Below are positions 62,820-64,000 of a DNA stretch of 64,000 bases, in pieces (positions within the stretch are counted from its first letter, which is position 1; each line of letters opens with the position of its first letter). This DNA comes from Lama glama (Eukaryota), in NCBI GenBank assembly GCA_028534125.1, contig CM052818.1:44208001-44272000 (forward strand), in the 5' to 3' direction. The notes under the pieces are model-generated. The model worked only from the letters and a program-made list of their open reading frames with translations, made no database searches and had not been told where the DNA came from. The position numbers and the translations under genes were made by a program.

Positions 62820-63785
62820 CTTTGCGGCAGTTGACATGTGAGTCCTCCTTCCTTCAAGTTCCTTCTCCTTTGGTTTTGGTGACACCATCCATGTCTTGTT
62901 TTCCTCCTGACTCTGACCATTCCTTCCAGACTTCTCTTTCAGGCTCCTCTTTCTCTGCATCCTTTATAAGCTGGTGATCATCTGATTTCTTCCCCCAGTC
63001 TGCTGTACCCCTCTGTATTTTATGGGATCTCATTCACTCTCAAAGCTTCACTCTCCATTTCTAGACTGATGACCCTCATATCTACCCTCCAGACCTACCC
63101 TTCTCCCAAACTCAAGTCCCAGAAAGCCAGCAGTCGGTGTACAATTCTCTCCGGGTACCCACCCCGCAACATGTCCTTTCCCTTTGCCACGAATCCTCCT
63201 ACCATCTTGCATCTCCTTCACCCACCACATCAAGTTTCCCAGAGAACTGGGGGCAGTTTTAGATTATGCTCTCTCCTTTGTCTGCCTCAAATATGGCGAT
63301 CCTGATAACTGGTCTCTTTGCCTCTAATCTCAGTCCCTTCCATAATCCCTTTAACCCTTTTATAAAACTCAAATATGACCACATGAGGTCATACTTAACA
63401 CACCTTAGGGTCTCCCAGGTGCCTGGAGAATCATTTCAAACAGAGCAGTCCATCATGCAAAGCCCTAATAATCTAGCCCCTGTGTTGTTTATCACAGCAT
63501 CTTCCCTTTAATGTGAATTCTGAGGTCCAGCCGAGCACAACCATTCACAGTTCTCCCAAACGGCCACATTGTGTCACACCTCACCTCTTCTTTTCTTGAA
63601 GCTGAAATACCACCACCACCCCTTCATCCTTTCTCTCCTGTTCGTTTGTCAGAGTCAGTCCCTCTCCCCTCAATCCCCACTCCTGCGCTGCAGGAACTAC
63701 CCACTGACCTCCCTGCTGAGTTCTGCCTCCCACCATAGATGCTAAGAGGCTGCGTCACCCGTGTTTACATGTCTATGGTTCTGCT
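62820..63785 (+). mobile_element. L2 fragment
   Basis: Long pyrimidine-rich L2 body: ctcctttggttttggtgacacc...gatctcattcactctcaaagcttc...ctgataactggtctc...tatgaccacatg. Confidence 0.75.
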
Positions 63786-63789
63786 ACAT

Positions 63790-63960
63790 TCTGACTGTGT
63801 GATCTTGACTAATGACTTCCCCTTTGTCATCTGTAAAATGGGTATAACAATACCTCCCTCAAAGGGCTGTGCTCAGGATTAAGTGAGCTGATACGTTTCA
63901 AGCCCTTAGAATAGTACTGCCAGGGTGACTGGCACATAGTAGGTTCTCAGTAAAAGTGGG
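63790..63960 (+). mobile_element. MIR
   Basis: catctgtaaaatgggtataacaatacctccctcaaagggctgtgctcaggattaagtgag...tggcacatagtagg. Confidence 0.85.
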
Positions 63961-64000
63961 ATTAAAGAGATGGAGTGAATGAATGGATACTAGCTACTTT

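Noticed and set aside
1..64000. CRISPR arrays, operons or other prokaryotic/viral systems
   Set aside because: No regularly spaced repeats and no gene-dense ORF structure; the content is typical mammalian repeat-rich non-coding DNA.

Overview
This is mammalian non-coding genomic DNA, most likely from a camelid: three tRNA-derived SINEs have the GGGGAGGG-TATAGCTCAGTGGTAGAG...CCTGGGTTCAATCCCCAGTACCTCC head typical of camelid Vic-1-type SINEs, and cetartiodactyl-type L1 3' ends and a MER41-like LTR are present. I cannot support any intact protein-coding gene, tRNA, rRNA or CRISPR array, so the window looks intergenic or deep-intronic. Much of it is interspersed repeats: L1, L2, MIR, MaLR/ERVL/ERV1 LTRs, and hAT and Tc1/mariner DNA-transposon fossils. 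Two assembly gaps of exactly 500 N divide it into three contigs. The only recognisable protein similarities are transposon fossils: an L1 ORF2 endonuclease fragment and a Zaphod-like hAT transposase split by nested insertions. The items most worth checking are (1) that split transposase, whose insert may be an old L1 3' transduction, (2) two repeat-free motif clusters resembling immune/stress enhancers (~12.4-13.15 kb and ~39.06-39.19 kb), (3) a candidate CTCF site, (4) a perfect 20-bp palindrome within a triple alternating repeat, and (5) weak candidate lncRNA exons. I found no convincing new biological system. Repeat family names come from recalled consensus sequences rather than a search, and repeat boundaries are approximate.
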